This document shows, piece after piece, positions 18,979 to 29,142 of a stretch of DNA of 64,000 nucleotides. The position numbers were made by a program, and so were the translations under genes. The notes beneath the pieces are model-generated. The model saw only the letters and a list, made by a program, of their open reading frames with translations, ran no database searches and was not told the origin of the DNA. Within the stretch, counting starts at the first letter, position 1. Every line of letters starts with the position of its first letter. Origin of the DNA: Candidatus Hadarchaeota archaeon (GTDB lineage Archaea > CAYQAE01 > CAYVLA01); contig CAZUNO010000010.1 in NCBI GenBank assembly GCA_964621445.1, positions 1 through 64,000 on the forward strand, given 5' to 3'.

Positions 18979-19677
18979 TTGGGGAATCTAGATAATCTAA
19001 AACGCACGGGAAAGGTAAAGGACTTTATGGATAAGTACGGCGTTGATTTTTCGATGATAGGCCTTTTTGGCCGGGATCATATCTCCGATGACCAGGCGAA
19101 GGCCCAAGAAAACATCTCTGACGCGAAGACCCTAATAGATACCTGTGAGGACCTTGGTGCTCCGTACTTCGCAACCGGAGCTGGTGAATCCGGAGAGAGG
19201 ACCAGGAACGAAAATATTGAACTGGCGGTGGACTCTTTTTCGGATCTGACCGATTACGGGAGGGATAGAGGGGTGAAGGTACTGCTCTATAACTGCCACT
19301 GGAGCAACTTTGCCTTCTCACCCGAATGCTGGGCCAAGATACTGCCTCAGGTCCCGGATCTCGGTCTGAAATATGATCCCTCACATCCCTTCTACGATGA
19401 CCGCGATTACCTTAAGGAAATAATGGATTGGGGTGAACACATATACCATTTCCATGCAAAGGGTGGTTTGAAAATTGGAGGGCAGAAATTTGAGGATCCA
19501 CCTGCCGGGATTGATCAAGCCGATTGGGGAAGTATTATGGCCGTACTCTATCATCACCACTATGACGGGGACATAAACATAGAGCCCCACGCCCCGATAT
19601 GGAGGCACGAGCTGAGGTATGAGGGTATTCTTCTAGCCAGAAGGCACCTAAAGCAGTTCATGGCCGATGAGATCTGA
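18979..19677 (+). CDS. Sugar phosphate isomerase/epimerase (xylose isomerase-like TIM barrel), 5' end uncertain
   Basis: YDPSH, HFHAK, IEPH motifs. Frame is open upstream to 18898 without an ATG/GTG/TTG. Confidence 0.8.
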   Translation: MGNLDNLKRTGKVKDFMDKYGVDFSMIGLFGRDHISDDQAKAQENISDAKTLIDTCEDLGAPYFATGAGESGERTRNENIELAVDSFSDLTDYGRDRGVKVLLYNCHWSNFAFSPECWAKILPQVPDLGLKYDPSHPFYDDRDYLKEIMDWGEHIYHFHAKGGLKIGGQKFEDPPAGIDQADWGSIMAVLYHHHYDGDINIEPHAPIWRHELRYEGILLARRHLKQFMADEI

Positions 19678-19686
19678 GTTTTCACA

Positions 19687-20733
19687 ATGGTGTTAACATT
19701 GGTATCCGAGGAATCCTTGACCGAGAAAAAGAGAATTGAATTTGAATTGCCAAATTCTCCGCCCCTTTGGCGGGCCACATCCAGGGGCTCTTGTTCTCAT
19801 ACATATTTCACCCATCCCGTATGGCTGCCCGATGGAAGGGGCTTTGTATTCACCTCGGATCGAACCGGAAGCGGGGAGGCCTTTCTTTGTGAATGGCCAA
19901 GTGGGAGGATTCACCAGCTGACCGAGGGGGGAGCTTCTTCGCCGGTTGTTATCCTTCATGGGGAATCCATTCTCTACGTAAATGAGGGAGAGATAAGGGA
20001 GAGACAACTTGATGGGGAAGAGGATTTCAGCCTGGCTGAGATACCGCCGGGGACAAATTCCTTGGGAATCCCGGGGGAGACAATTGACGGAAAATGGATT
20101 GTAATAGGCCTTAGGAACGACGAGGGCTCAATTCTGGCCAAGTTCCCGCGTGAAGGAGGGGATATGATACCCTTTCACACCGATCCACGCTACATGAGCC
20201 ATCTCGTACCCTCCCCTGGAGATCCCGAGATGCTCTCTGTTGCCTGGAATTTTGGTGCAAAGGGCGAGGCTCCACAGAGGCTGTGGGTGATTGGAATTGA
20301 GGGTGGCGATATCAGACCGGTTTATCCTCAATCCCTGGGTGAACTAGTAACCCACGAGGACTGGACAGGGGATGGCAAATGGCTAGTCTTCACGTCGGGT
20401 CCCTTTGAGAGATACCCAGGATCATTCTCAATAAAACGGGTAGCTCCCGCGAATGGCTCGTTTGACACCCTGACCCAGGGAGGTAACTTCTGGCACTGCT
20501 CAGCAAATGAGGATGGCTCTCTCGTGATCGCGGATACAAACTGGCCCGATGATGGAATTTAGATAATTGATACCCAGGACCGGGATTCACGAACTCTATG
20601 TCCATCTAGATCCAAACGTGCTCACCCTCATCCATGTTTCAGTCCTGATGGAAGGTATGTGCTTTTTGATTCAGATATGAATGGGAAGAGTCAGGTGTAT
20701 GTGGTGGAAGTTACCGGGAAAGAACTATCGTGA
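19687..20733 (+). pseudogene. Oligogalacturonate lyase-like / TolB-like beta-propeller interrupted by an in-frame TAG
   Basis: N-terminal YFTHP.W..DG..VFTSDRTG. After TAG 20560-20562 the frame continues to HPHPCFSPDGRYVLFDSD...QVY and TGA 20731-20733. Confidence 0.8.
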
Positions 20734-20739
20734 TGTATC

Positions 20740-20754
20740 GAAAAGATTTATTTG
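20740..20754 (+). promoter_or_regulatory. BRE/TATA promoter of the tRNA gene
   Basis: GAAAAGA-TTTATTTG ending 24 nt before the tRNA 5' end. Confidence 0.6.
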
Positions 20755-20778
20755 ATGCTCAGATGCTCATTGACTCGA

Positions 20779-20886
20779 GCTCCGATAGTGTAGGGGTCAA
20801 ATGTCTCAAGGCCTTTCATTCGGGCCTTTTCCTTTTCTGGGAGGTCATTCGAGCCCGGGACCCGGGTTCAAATCCCGGTCGGAGCA
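20779..20886 (+). tRNA. tRNA-Glu(TTC) with two introns (20801-20815 at 21/22; 20829-20848 at 34/35)
   Basis: Acceptor GCTCCGA/TCGGAGC+A, T arm CCGGG-TTCAAAT-CCCGG, anticodon stem CGGGC/GCCCG. Removing both BHB-type introns gives a 73-nt canonical archaeal tRNA-Glu. Confidence 0.92.
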
Positions 20887-20921
20887 TCTTTAAAGACCTC
20901 TATGAGATACTAGGTTTTCAA

Positions 20922-22154
20922 CTAATCCAACCTGGTAGTGGTAACTTCCCTGTAAAGACGTCTGCGAACCATCAATGTCCATAACAAAAAGCCGCATATG
21001 AGGGAGGCACCGGTCACGGCCAGCCATTCAGATACGTATATCCATAGCAGGGCGGAGTCCTTGACCTCCTGTGCCAGGTTCTCTGCTTCCTCCATCATCC
21101 CCAGGGCTCTATCAATAGCTTCAAGCGCCCCGGAAAAATCCTGCTGGAGATAAAGGTCCCTGGCCTTTTCCGCGACCCGGTCTACTTCCTCCACCTTTTT
21201 CAAAACCCGGGAAGGGTCAGCACCGAAATTATCAACGAAATCAACGAGAGAGGTTATGATGAGCTTACGGTTACTAAAGGAAGTTATTCTGGACCTCACG
21301 GTATGTACCAGGTCCAGGTCCTTGGGTATATCATTGCCGGTACAGTACAACATGAGGTTGGTTACGAAGTCCTGGATATAATCCCATTCTAGAAATCTGG
21401 CCCCCCCGCCCGGGGTCCAATCCCCGGTCATGGCGAAGACCCTTCCGCTATCGTTGAAGTTCCAGGTGGAGAAGAAGGGGTTTTTCCAGTTGAGATACTT
21501 GCGTTCGTATACCAGCTCCTGAGTAACCGTAGCGACGGCCAAGACCTCAGCCCCTGGTTTCTCCTCTACCATATTGGAGGCATATCTCTGTAGGAAGTTG
21601 AGGTCAGGTCTCCAGGGTAGGCTTCGCATGAATGGGTTCTCGCTATCCAATATCTTCAATTTGCCGCCCTCATATCCCCCGTATACCGTCTTCACGGGAA
21701 GAACCTGCCCTACCGGGGTTTGGCCCCAGTCTGGATGGTGCCCGTTAGTCCCATAGGTTTCATGGCCCCCGATCATGACCAGGGCCAAGGCCTGGTTGGA
21801 AACTCCCCTTTTGAACCATTCCAGATGATCATCGGTGAAGCTGGCCACATTGGCATCGCTTACGATGACCACATCGTATTGATCCAGGAGTGAACTGTAA
21901 CTGCGGGGCATGTACAACCGTATCGCCCGTTCGATCTCGGAGCTGGAATATATTCCCCATAGATAATCCTTGGATGCTTGTATCGGGGTGGTAATAAGCA
22001 TGGGCTCGGATTTCATGTAGATGTAGGGGGTCTCGCCAGGGTAAGGATCTCCAGTATAAAGAACATTAACCCGGGTGCCTTGACCCAGTACCGAGATGGT
22101 ACCTGGAATGGTCAGTAAAAGGACTACCAAGGGAATTAACCTGTGAATAAGCAT
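20922..22154 (-). CDS. Surface family A paralog 3 (clearest DUF1355/GATase1-like signature)
   Basis: YDVVIVSD, LVMIGGHETYG, WGQTPVGQVLPV; IRLYMPRS, DNFGADP, WTLMVRRRLYREVTTTRL. Confidence 0.85.
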   Translation of the reverse strand: MLIHRLIPLVVLLLTIPGTISVLGQGTRVNVLYTGDPYPGETPYIYMKSEPMLITTPIQASKDYLWGIYSSSEIERAIRLYMPRSYSSLLDQYDVVIVSDANVASFTDDHLEWFKRGVSNQALALVMIGGHETYGTNGHHPDWGQTPVGQVLPVKTVYGGYEGGKLKILDSENPFMRSLPWRPDLNFLQRYASNMVEEKPGAEVLAVATVTQELVYERKYLNWKNPFFSTWNFNDSGRVFAMTGDWTPGGGARFLEWDYIQDFVTNLMLYCTGNDIPKDLDLVHTVRSRITSFSNRKLIITSLVDFVDNFGADPSRVLKKVEEVDRVAEKARDLYLQQDFSGALEAIDRALGMMEEAENLAQEVKDSALLWIYVSEWLAVTGASLICGFLLWTLMVRRRLYREVTTTRLD

Positions 22155-22312
22155 GTTGGTCAGGAACTCACCTTTACATCCCAGTGGGGTTTATGACAGG
22201 TTGATCACTGTTTTCATTGATAAAGACGAGGTATACTCGATACGAAATGAAGCGAATTATCCTCCTAGACATTTATTAAAACAAAGAGGGGGGAAAACGG
22301 TGCTGAATCCCC

Positions 22313-23584
22313 ATGAAAATGAAAAGCATAGCGCTGGGTTCTTTTCTGATCTTGCTGATTATTGCCAACAATTCCTCAGCGCTGGAGGGGCAAGTAAAGG
22401 TGATGATAGCCGGCCTGTCTGGAGAAATCAGGTATGCCTCTTCCTGGCTTGAAACCGATCCCCTCACTGATCCCATGGTTATACCAGCTAGGGCACAGGA
22501 TAGCGAGTTCACACAAGAACAGCTTCATAGATTCATTAGGATTTACTTCCCACGGACCTATGAAGAGCTTAAGACCTACGAATATATGATACTAGCCCAA
22601 ATAGAGATATGGCTCTTTACCAATAAACAACAGCTCATGCTCCACGATGCAATCAGGAATGATGGTCTGGGAGGAATGCAAACCAGGAGCGTGATGAGCA
22701 TGCATTCATACATTAGCATTCCCTGGGCCGAGTCAAAACTGTCCGAGGCATTTCCCAATGATGCCGATGCCGTGGTTTCCATTGATTACAGGTTTCATGA
22801 TTTTCCCATGAGGGTGGTGATAAACACGAATCCCCAGGTACCGCCAATCTATAAGCCCTACAAGGACCTTCCCGGAGTCGAATATTCCTTTGGCGGATCA
22901 TATAGCACCAACCTGGCAATACCCAAGGAGGGTGCGGTGGTGGCATCATATTCAGTTTCCGGGTTTCCATTTGGATATCCGGGGGACTACCCCGATCCCC
23001 GTTTCGAAAGGCCAGGTTGGATTCCACACTCCATGTACTGGAAGTACGGGGAGGGAATCACTTGGACCCACCAGGATATGTTCGGCCAATACTGGAACAC
23101 CCTGTTTAATCCATACGCGCCGGATATGGTTGTGTCAGAGATAATCTACAGCACGGGCAGGGAGCTTCCTCAGGATGTTGTGCAGGTACATCGGCTACGG
23201 GGAAAATTCTCGGAGTTTGCAGATGCCAAGAGCTACATTTACTCTCTTCTGGACTTCATCGAGAAGTTCGGTGCGAATAGCGCTCCAATTGTGAAGGATA
23301 TGGGGGGAATCGCCGAGACGGAAAGGGAGGCCCGACAGTTGTATATTAACCAGGATTTTGAAAGATCCTCGTCATCCATGGACGACGCCCTCACCGCAAT
23401 GGACTCCTTGAGGGAGAAGGCTCTTAAACTAAAGGACCGCGCCCTTTTATGGATATATATTATCGAGTGGCTGGCCGTAACCGGGGTTTCCCTGATTGCC
23501 GGATTCTCAATTTGGACCCTTATGATTCGTCGTCGTCTATACAAGCAGGTATCCGTAACCCGTCTGGGTACGGAGGAACCATAA
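22313..23584 (+). CDS. Surface family A paralog 4
   Basis: IRIYFPRT, DFIEKFGANS, KDRALLWIYIIEWLAVTG, WTLMIRRRLY. Confidence 0.85.
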   Translation: MKMKSIALGSFLILLIIANNSSALEGQVKVMIAGLSGEIRYASSWLETDPLTDPMVIPARAQDSEFTQEQLHRFIRIYFPRTYEELKTYEYMILAQIEIWLFTNKQQLMLHDAIRNDGLGGMQTRSVMSMHSYISIPWAESKLSEAFPNDADAVVSIDYRFHDFPMRVVINTNPQVPPIYKPYKDLPGVEYSFGGSYSTNLAIPKEGAVVASYSVSGFPFGYPGDYPDPRFERPGWIPHSMYWKYGEGITWTHQDMFGQYWNTLFNPYAPDMVVSEIIYSTGRELPQDVVQVHRLRGKFSEFADAKSYIYSLLDFIEKFGANSAPIVKDMGGIAETEREARQLYINQDFERSSSSMDDALTAMDSLREKALKLKDRALLWIYIIEWLAVTGVSLIAGFSIWTLMIRRRLYKQVSVTRLGTEEP

Positions 23585-23626
23585 TAGTTTTCCAGTGGAC
23601 CGAATACTAAGATTTAGGTATATATT

Positions 23627-23971
23627 TTGAAGATCGATAACCACAGGGAAGTGCCTTTGGAGGAGGTCGAAGAGGAGGAAGCCAGCAGGGTAAAGGTGCG
23701 GTGGCTGATCTCGGAGGATGATAGGGCACCTAATTTCGCCATGAGGATGTTCGAGGTGTCTCCTGGTGGCTACACGCCGCTTCACAGCCACCCCTGGGAA
23801 CACGAGGTGTATATAACCTCGGGGTCGGGAAGGGTGTTTCGAGATCAAGAATATGTTCCGGTGGAGGAGGGTGATTTCGTCTTCGTCAGGCCGAACGAGG
23901 AGCACCAGTTCAAAAATGATGGCAACTCGACTCTCAAATTCCTGTGTCTAATACCGATTACCGATGATTAA
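23627..23971 (+). CDS. Cupin domain protein
   Basis: PLHSHPWEHEVYI..GSG, PNEEHQF. Confidence 0.9.
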   Translation: MKIDNHREVPLEEVEEEEASRVKVRWLISEDDRAPNFAMRMFEVSPGGYTPLHSHPWEHEVYITSGSGRVFRDQEYVPVEEGDFVFVRPNEEHQFKNDGNSTLKFLCLIPITDD

Positions 23972-23988
23972 AGGATCGGGGTTCCGGC

Positions 23989-24949
23989 TCAAGGATATGA
24001 AAGAGCCACGGAAACCATCACCAGGATGGGTCCTATCAGGAATCCGGACCAGGATAATATGGCAAATAATGCCAGTAGAGACAGGTTAAGACGGGGCGGT
24101 TCCCCCCTGGCTTGATTGGGATATTCCTGTGCGGAGCAAGAGTAGACCGATCAGGATTTGGGCGGATAGTATGAATATTGTTATTCCCATCTCGGCGGAT
24201 GGACCAGCATGGTGAGGGACATAGAGCATCTGGGCTATGGTTATGCTTGCCGTTCCAAGGACGAGTAGACCGCCAGCAGCTGGCATCCAGGAACGGATAA
24301 CCGCCTTCATATTCCATCTTCCAATTTTCATGACAACCAAGGGAAACCCAAAGATTAGAACCAGTAGCGGGGGGGCAAATACTTGTAGGTAACTTTGACC
24401 CTCCCATCTATAGATTGATATCAAATCAAATGGCAAGCGGATCCATTCCCAAATGGAATAGGATTCTACATAACCAAAAATCAATCCATATGCCTCAACT
24501 TGAGGAGAATCGCCTACGGTTAGGACGAATTCTCCACCCTTTAGCGCATGCAGGTCAAAATTAGATATTCTATGAAATGAGCTTGGAGAGAATCCCTCGT
24601 AAACTGCCTCGGAGTTGAGTAACGATGGCTGGAGATATGTTTCGTCTTGGGATTCGTTTAGCCCGTGGGGGAGGTAAAGTTTCATCTTGGGTCGGAAGCC
24701 GTCATCGAAGGATGGAATATTGGATATGAGGGTTATTCTAATTCTCTCTCCTTTCTCAACGTTGAATGTGTAATAGTTGGTCGCATTTCCCTTCCCAAGT
24801 TGGGAGTAGAGGACAACGGATTTTGAAGGGTCCTGGATCAAGGTAGCATTTTAGATGCCCCGGTTATCTTCGGGGAAATTTGGCACGTGGCCAAATGATG
24901 GTGCCAATGTGGCCATGAGCAGCAGGCAGGTCAGAAATTTCTGGTACAT
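23989..24949 (-). pseudogene. Disrupted secreted/multi-TM membrane protein
   Basis: Signal peptide MYQKFLTCLLLMATLAPSFGHVP, in-frame TAA 24851-24853, then ORF 24086..24841. The final TM (LLALFAILSWSGFLIGPILV) is in another frame after a shift near 24120. Confidence 0.7.
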
Positions 24950-25082
24950 CTCGGCCACCCTGGAATAAGGATGGTCACTAAAAAAGATGGCATTGAAAGG
25001 TAGATGGGATATTATTCTGTCAATCAACTAACGAGATAGGGGATAGATAACGATTTTTGAGGATTTCCCGGGAAGCAGGTCT

Positions 25083-25862
25083 ATGCAGCTAACCATGAGT
25101 AGCTTCGGAAAGGAGGAACCGGACTGCGGAATGATGGAGGAAATGGGCTTTCTACAGAAAAATCCTGATGGAAGTATGTCAACATACAGATGCAGGTGGA
25201 ATAAAGAGGCCGTATCGACAAAATCCGGGGATTCGGCTAATAAATACCTTCAGAGATGTTTTGAGTTCCCGAGGACGGTAGAACGTTACTTCACAAATGA
25301 TAAACTCAGATGTCACCGTTTAGCTAGCCAGGTGAAGGTAACACCCTTCATAGCCCGAAGGTTTGCCCGCTCGGCTCGAATCATGATTCACATTAATCGT
25401 AGGACTAGGAAAAGGGAGATTTCGGAGATCACCTCGGGTTCATTGCTGAAGGTTCTAGACGATTGGAGGAAGCCTGGTGATCATAATCTAATGCAGCAGG
25501 AAGTAATCCTGTCAGGAGGATTCGCCGCCTCGGAGGTCCCTCTTTACTCCGACATTCTCACTGGACACTTGGACTGTCTATTGTGTCCGGAGGACAGTGA
25601 TTTCCTGTATGCCATAGAGGTCAAATCCTATCCCTCGGACTACAAGGACAAATGGGCGGGCACCGGAAAATGGCGCCTCAACAAGAACCTAGTACAGGTA
25701 CTTGCATACGCGGAGCTACTTGCCAAGAATACGGGGTGTAAACGGATAGCTGCGGGTATACTTCACACCCAAGGGATATTGCTTTTTGACGCCTCAAAAT
25801 GGCTTACCCAGGACAGAACCTTGCTCTCGGGGATTAGGAAGCATCTTACCAATGAGGCCTAG
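25083..25862 (+). CDS. PD-(D/E)XK nuclease family protein
   Basis: SEVPL, TGHLD, IEVK, QVLAYA motifs. Confidence 0.7.
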   Translation: MQLTMSSFGKEEPDCGMMEEMGFLQKNPDGSMSTYRCRWNKEAVSTKSGDSANKYLQRCFEFPRTVERYFTNDKLRCHRLASQVKVTPFIARRFARSARIMIHINRRTRKREISEITSGSLLKVLDDWRKPGDHNLMQQEVILSGGFAASEVPLYSDILTGHLDCLLCPEDSDFLYAIEVKSYPSDYKDKWAGTGKWRLNKNLVQVLAYAELLAKNTGCKRIAAGILHTQGILLFDASKWLTQDRTLLSGIRKHLTNEA

Positions 25863-27088
25863 GCACCGAATTTCTCGGATTTGTTCATGAGGTCCAGAAG
25901 GATATTCATCAAATCCATACCCCTTATCCTTCCCAGTCCGCCCCGGGAGCAGCTTCTCTCGCCATATTCCTTGACCCAATCCACCCTAACTCCATTGCCG
26001 ATTATGGTAACGGGAACCGGGTCGCCAGAGTGATCCATGATCGATACTGGGGTGCTGTGATCGGCGGTAAATACCGTATAGGTCCCCTCGTCGATCTCGG
26101 ATAGGATGTACTGCACAGCTTCATCTATCCTTTCTATCATGTCAATTTTCCCGGCCGCGTCGCCATCATGACCCGTGAGATCACATCCCTTAATATTCAT
26201 CATAATGAAATCGTGGTCCGATAGACCATCAAGGGCTGCATCGGCCATGGCGACCGTGTCGGTATCCAGGCCCCCCGTGGATTTGGAAACATGTACCAAA
26301 TCCAGTCCAGCTACGCTGGCGACCCCGTAGATCAATCCGACTTCGGCAATGACGCCCCCCTTTATGCCGTATTTACCCTCAAAATTGGGAACTTCCTTGA
26401 GTTTCCCGGCTCCTCTTGCCAGTATGATGTTGGCGGGAAGAAGGCCCTTCTCCTCTCTGTCCTGGTTTATATCAACTTCGGGGAACTTTTCATGACTAAT
26501 TTCAACTAATTTGTTCAGAATCCTTGCGGTTTTCTCGGATTCCGGGTCTCCCCCCTCCGCCCTGTGAATGTGCTCATCGGTCTGGTGAGGATCAATGTCC
26601 GTGACATCCGCTCCCAGACCTTCCCCTCGTAGAATCAAGGCACCTCGATGGGCGACAGACTCCTTAAAGATGACCTCAACCCCTTCTATCTCGAGCCCAT
26701 TGAGCTCCTTTGCCAGTTCCTCAGTTCCCTGCTCGATACGACCGGCTCTTCTGTCCTTCACCACCATGTCCTCCTCACCAACTGTGGCAAAATTGCACCT
26801 GAAGGCCACGTCCCCTGGCTGAACATCCAGACCTATTCCGGCCGCCTCTATAGGACCACGACCAGGGTAGAATTCATAGGGGTCGAAACCCAGGTAGGCA
26901 AGGTGGGAGGTGTCGCTTCCAGGTCTAACCCCGGGAGCGATAGGGTCCATTATTCCATTTATCCCCATGGCCGATGCCCTGTCCAAATTGGGGCTTTCCG
27001 AAGCCTCCAAAGGGGTCTTTCCTTCCAGTTCGGGAACCGGTCTGTCACCCATCCCGTCAAATATCAATAACAGTGCCTTGTTGTCCAT
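25859..27088 (-). CDS. apgM: 2,3-bisphosphoglycerate-independent phosphoglycerate mutase (archaeal type)
   Basis: DGMGDRP, GSDTSHL, GRGPIEA, DRRAGRI, TADHSTP, SEKFGA. Confidence 0.95.
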   Translation of the reverse strand: MDNKALLLIFDGMGDRPVPELEGKTPLEASESPNLDRASAMGINGIMDPIAPGVRPGSDTSHLAYLGFDPYEFYPGRGPIEAAGIGLDVQPGDVAFRCNFATVGEEDMVVKDRRAGRIEQGTEELAKELNGLEIEGVEVIFKESVAHRGALILRGEGLGADVTDIDPHQTDEHIHRAEGGDPESEKTARILNKLVEISHEKFPEVDINQDREEKGLLPANIILARGAGKLKEVPNFEGKYGIKGGVIAEVGLIYGVASVAGLDLVHVSKSTGGLDTDTVAMADAALDGLSDHDFIMMNIKGCDLTGHDGDAAGKIDMIERIDEAVQYILSEIDEGTYTVFTADHSTPVSIMDHSGDPVPVTIIGNGVRVDWVKEYGERSCSRGGLGRIRGMDLMNILLDLMNKSEKFGA

Positions 27089-27094
27089 AGATCT

Positions 27095-27802
27095 CTACCT
27101 CAATTCAATTTTGATTTCCTTTCCTTCCCCGCCTTTAAGACTGCTGGTCAGCCCCCTCACAGTGCTCTCCACAATATCCTGTACGAAAGGAGAAAGTGTT
27201 ATCATCTTCCCGTCCACCTGTAGGGTTACCCTATCCGTAAGCTGAGCGCACTCTTCATCTTTTGAAGTTCCTTCAAATATCTCGCTTGCTAGCTCGCTGC
27301 AACTACGGCGGCCGCATCTCCTGCAATTTTCGTTTGGTAATTTACGAAAGGCCCGGGACTCGATGGCTGAATATAGTTCCTCGGAATCCTCAATGAAAAT
27401 TGCCCCCTTCTCCTCGGCCAGTTCGCTTAGTTCCTCATTGCCGGTTACTATGAAGGTAAATTTATCTATCAATTCCAGGTCCTTCTCCTCCTGGGCCACA
27501 AGAACCTTGAGGAATCCTTTCATTTTTTTGAACCCTTCCAGTACGGCATAATCACATCCCTGCAACTCCCCCCAGAGTTCACCATCCTGCTCCAGTATGT
27601 GATAGACATTGGGGTCCACCCCCACTACCCTGCTGGCCCCCATGGCGAAATGTCGTTCGGTATCCTTATCTGGATTTATTTCATGAGAGGAGTGCTTGGC
27701 CGTATTGACTCTATAACCGGCCTCCCTGAGGTGCTTAATAAGGTCCTCGACCACCGATGTTTTTCCAGCGTTCTTATACCCGATGATGCCGACCACTTTC
27801 AT
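27095..27802 (-). CDS. mobB: Molybdopterin-guanine dinucleotide biosynthesis protein B with C-terminal Fe-S motif
   Basis: GYKNAGKT P-loop, KH, EGFK, CRRCGRRSC...C. Confidence 0.85.
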   Translation of the reverse strand: MKVVGIIGYKNAGKTSVVEDLIKHLREAGYRVNTAKHSSHEINPDKDTERHFAMGASRVVGVDPNVYHILEQDGELWGELQGCDYAVLEGFKKMKGFLKVLVAQEEKDLELIDKFTFIVTGNEELSELAEEKGAIFIEDSEELYSAIESRAFRKLPNENCRRCGRRSCSELASEIFEGTSKDEECAQLTDRVTLQVDGKMITLSPFVQDIVESTVRGLTSSLKGGEGKEIKIELR

Positions 27803-28299
27803 TTCAAAACCTCCGAGAATGCGGACCTTATTTTCCCAAGATATTTTTCGGGGTCCTCGATCATTATTCTACCCTTGCCAATAATGTCTATGAATCCTAA
27901 CTCGCTTTCAAATCTTGGAACAATATGGGCGTGGAGATGTTTGATGCTGGCTCCGGAAACCTTCCCAATGTTAAAACCGATGTTGAAACCGCCCGGGCTA
28001 TATGCACGTTTGAGCGCCTCGGTCGCAAGGTTCATGGCTGATAGTAGGTCCTTTTCCTCCTTTTCCTCTAGATCCGATAGCTCAGTGAGGTGCCTAAATG
28101 GGAAAACCATCAGGTGTCCGGGGTTGTAGGGATACAGGTTCAAAACGGCCATACAGCTATCGCCCCGCCAGACTTCAAGCTTTCTAACCTCAGGGTCCTC
28201 ATCTGCGATTGAGCATAGAATGCAGTTGACCTTTGGTCTTTCTCCGCCCTTAACATAACCTGCTTTACTCGGAACCCACAGATAGGAATCGAAGTTCAC
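27799..28299 (-). CDS. HIT family hydrolase
   Basis: CILC, NLYPYNPGHLM, HLHAHIVPR. Confidence 0.95.
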   Translation of the reverse strand: MNFDSYLWVPSKAGYVKGGERPKVNCILCSIADEDPEVRKLEVWRGDSCMAVLNLYPYNPGHLMVFPFRHLTELSDLEEKEEKDLLSAMNLATEALKRAYSPGGFNIGFNIGKVSGASIKHLHAHIVPRFESELGFIDIIGKGRIMIEDPEKYLGKIRSAFSEVLK

Positions 28300-28425
28300 C
28301 TACTCGCCTCTTTTCTCCGGTGATCTACTACTACCTGGCGGGTGAAACCTTGAAAAATGACACCACCAATCTTTGAATTGGTCAAAGAATTAAATCATCC
28401 CACCCAAACAAGGAGGGGTAAGATA

Positions 28426-29130
28426 TTGACTGAGCTCCTATACTTCCATGATTGCTATCTCTCAGAATTCAAGGCTAGTGTAGAAGGTAAGTCGTCCAGA
28501 GGAATAGTTTTGGATAGAACGGCCTTTTACCCTGCTGGTGGGGGACAGCCCTGTGATACCGGGATAATGAATACCTCAGAGAGGAGCTACACCGTTGAGA
28601 AGGTGAAGAAACAGGGCTCTGACGTGGTCCACATCCTATCCGGTTCCGGACCCGAAGTGGGGGAATCAGTCCAGTGTAGGCTGGACTGGGAAAGAAGATA
28701 TTCCCATATGAAATATCACACGGCGCAACATCTGCTATCGGCGTATTTTCTTTCGAAGCACGGGGCTGGGACAGTAGGTAATAGTAGACATGACCAGGGG
28801 GCAACTATAGATTTTGCAGTGACCAAGCTTCAGGATTCGGAGATCAAAGCTGTGGAGGACCGGATAAATATCTGGATAGAGGAGGCAAATCCAGTGGAGA
28901 TATTCATGTTGCCTCGAGAAGATGCCCTGGATAGATTGGACCCCAGGAGAACGAGAATAGAATTGCTCCCGAAATCCGTACGCAGTTTAAGGATTGTCAG
29001 AATAGCCGATATTGACGAAGTTGCCTGTGCAGGTACCCATGTTAGAAACACACGGGAGCTGGGTTGTTTTAATATAGAGAAGTTTGGGCAGCGGAGAAAT
29101 GGACTAAGAGTAGAGTTTACCCTGGCCTGA
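28426..29130 (+). CDS. alaX: Alanyl-tRNA editing protein AlaX
   Basis: DRTAFYPAGGGQPCDTG, HTAQH, CAGTH; TTG start after GGAGGGG. Confidence 0.9.
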   Translation: MTELLYFHDCYLSEFKASVEGKSSRGIVLDRTAFYPAGGGQPCDTGIMNTSERSYTVEKVKKQGSDVVHILSGSGPEVGESVQCRLDWERRYSHMKYHTAQHLLSAYFLSKHGAGTVGNSRHDQGATIDFAVTKLQDSEIKAVEDRINIWIEEANPVEIFMLPREDALDRLDPRRTRIELLPKSVRSLRIVRIADIDEVACAGTHVRNTRELGCFNIEKFGQRRNGLRVEFTLA

Positions 29131-29142
29131 TTTGGTGTTGGA

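Noticed and set aside
20887-25862. Integrative element at tRNA-Glu
   Set aside because: No integrase and no duplicated tRNA 3' end found by eye
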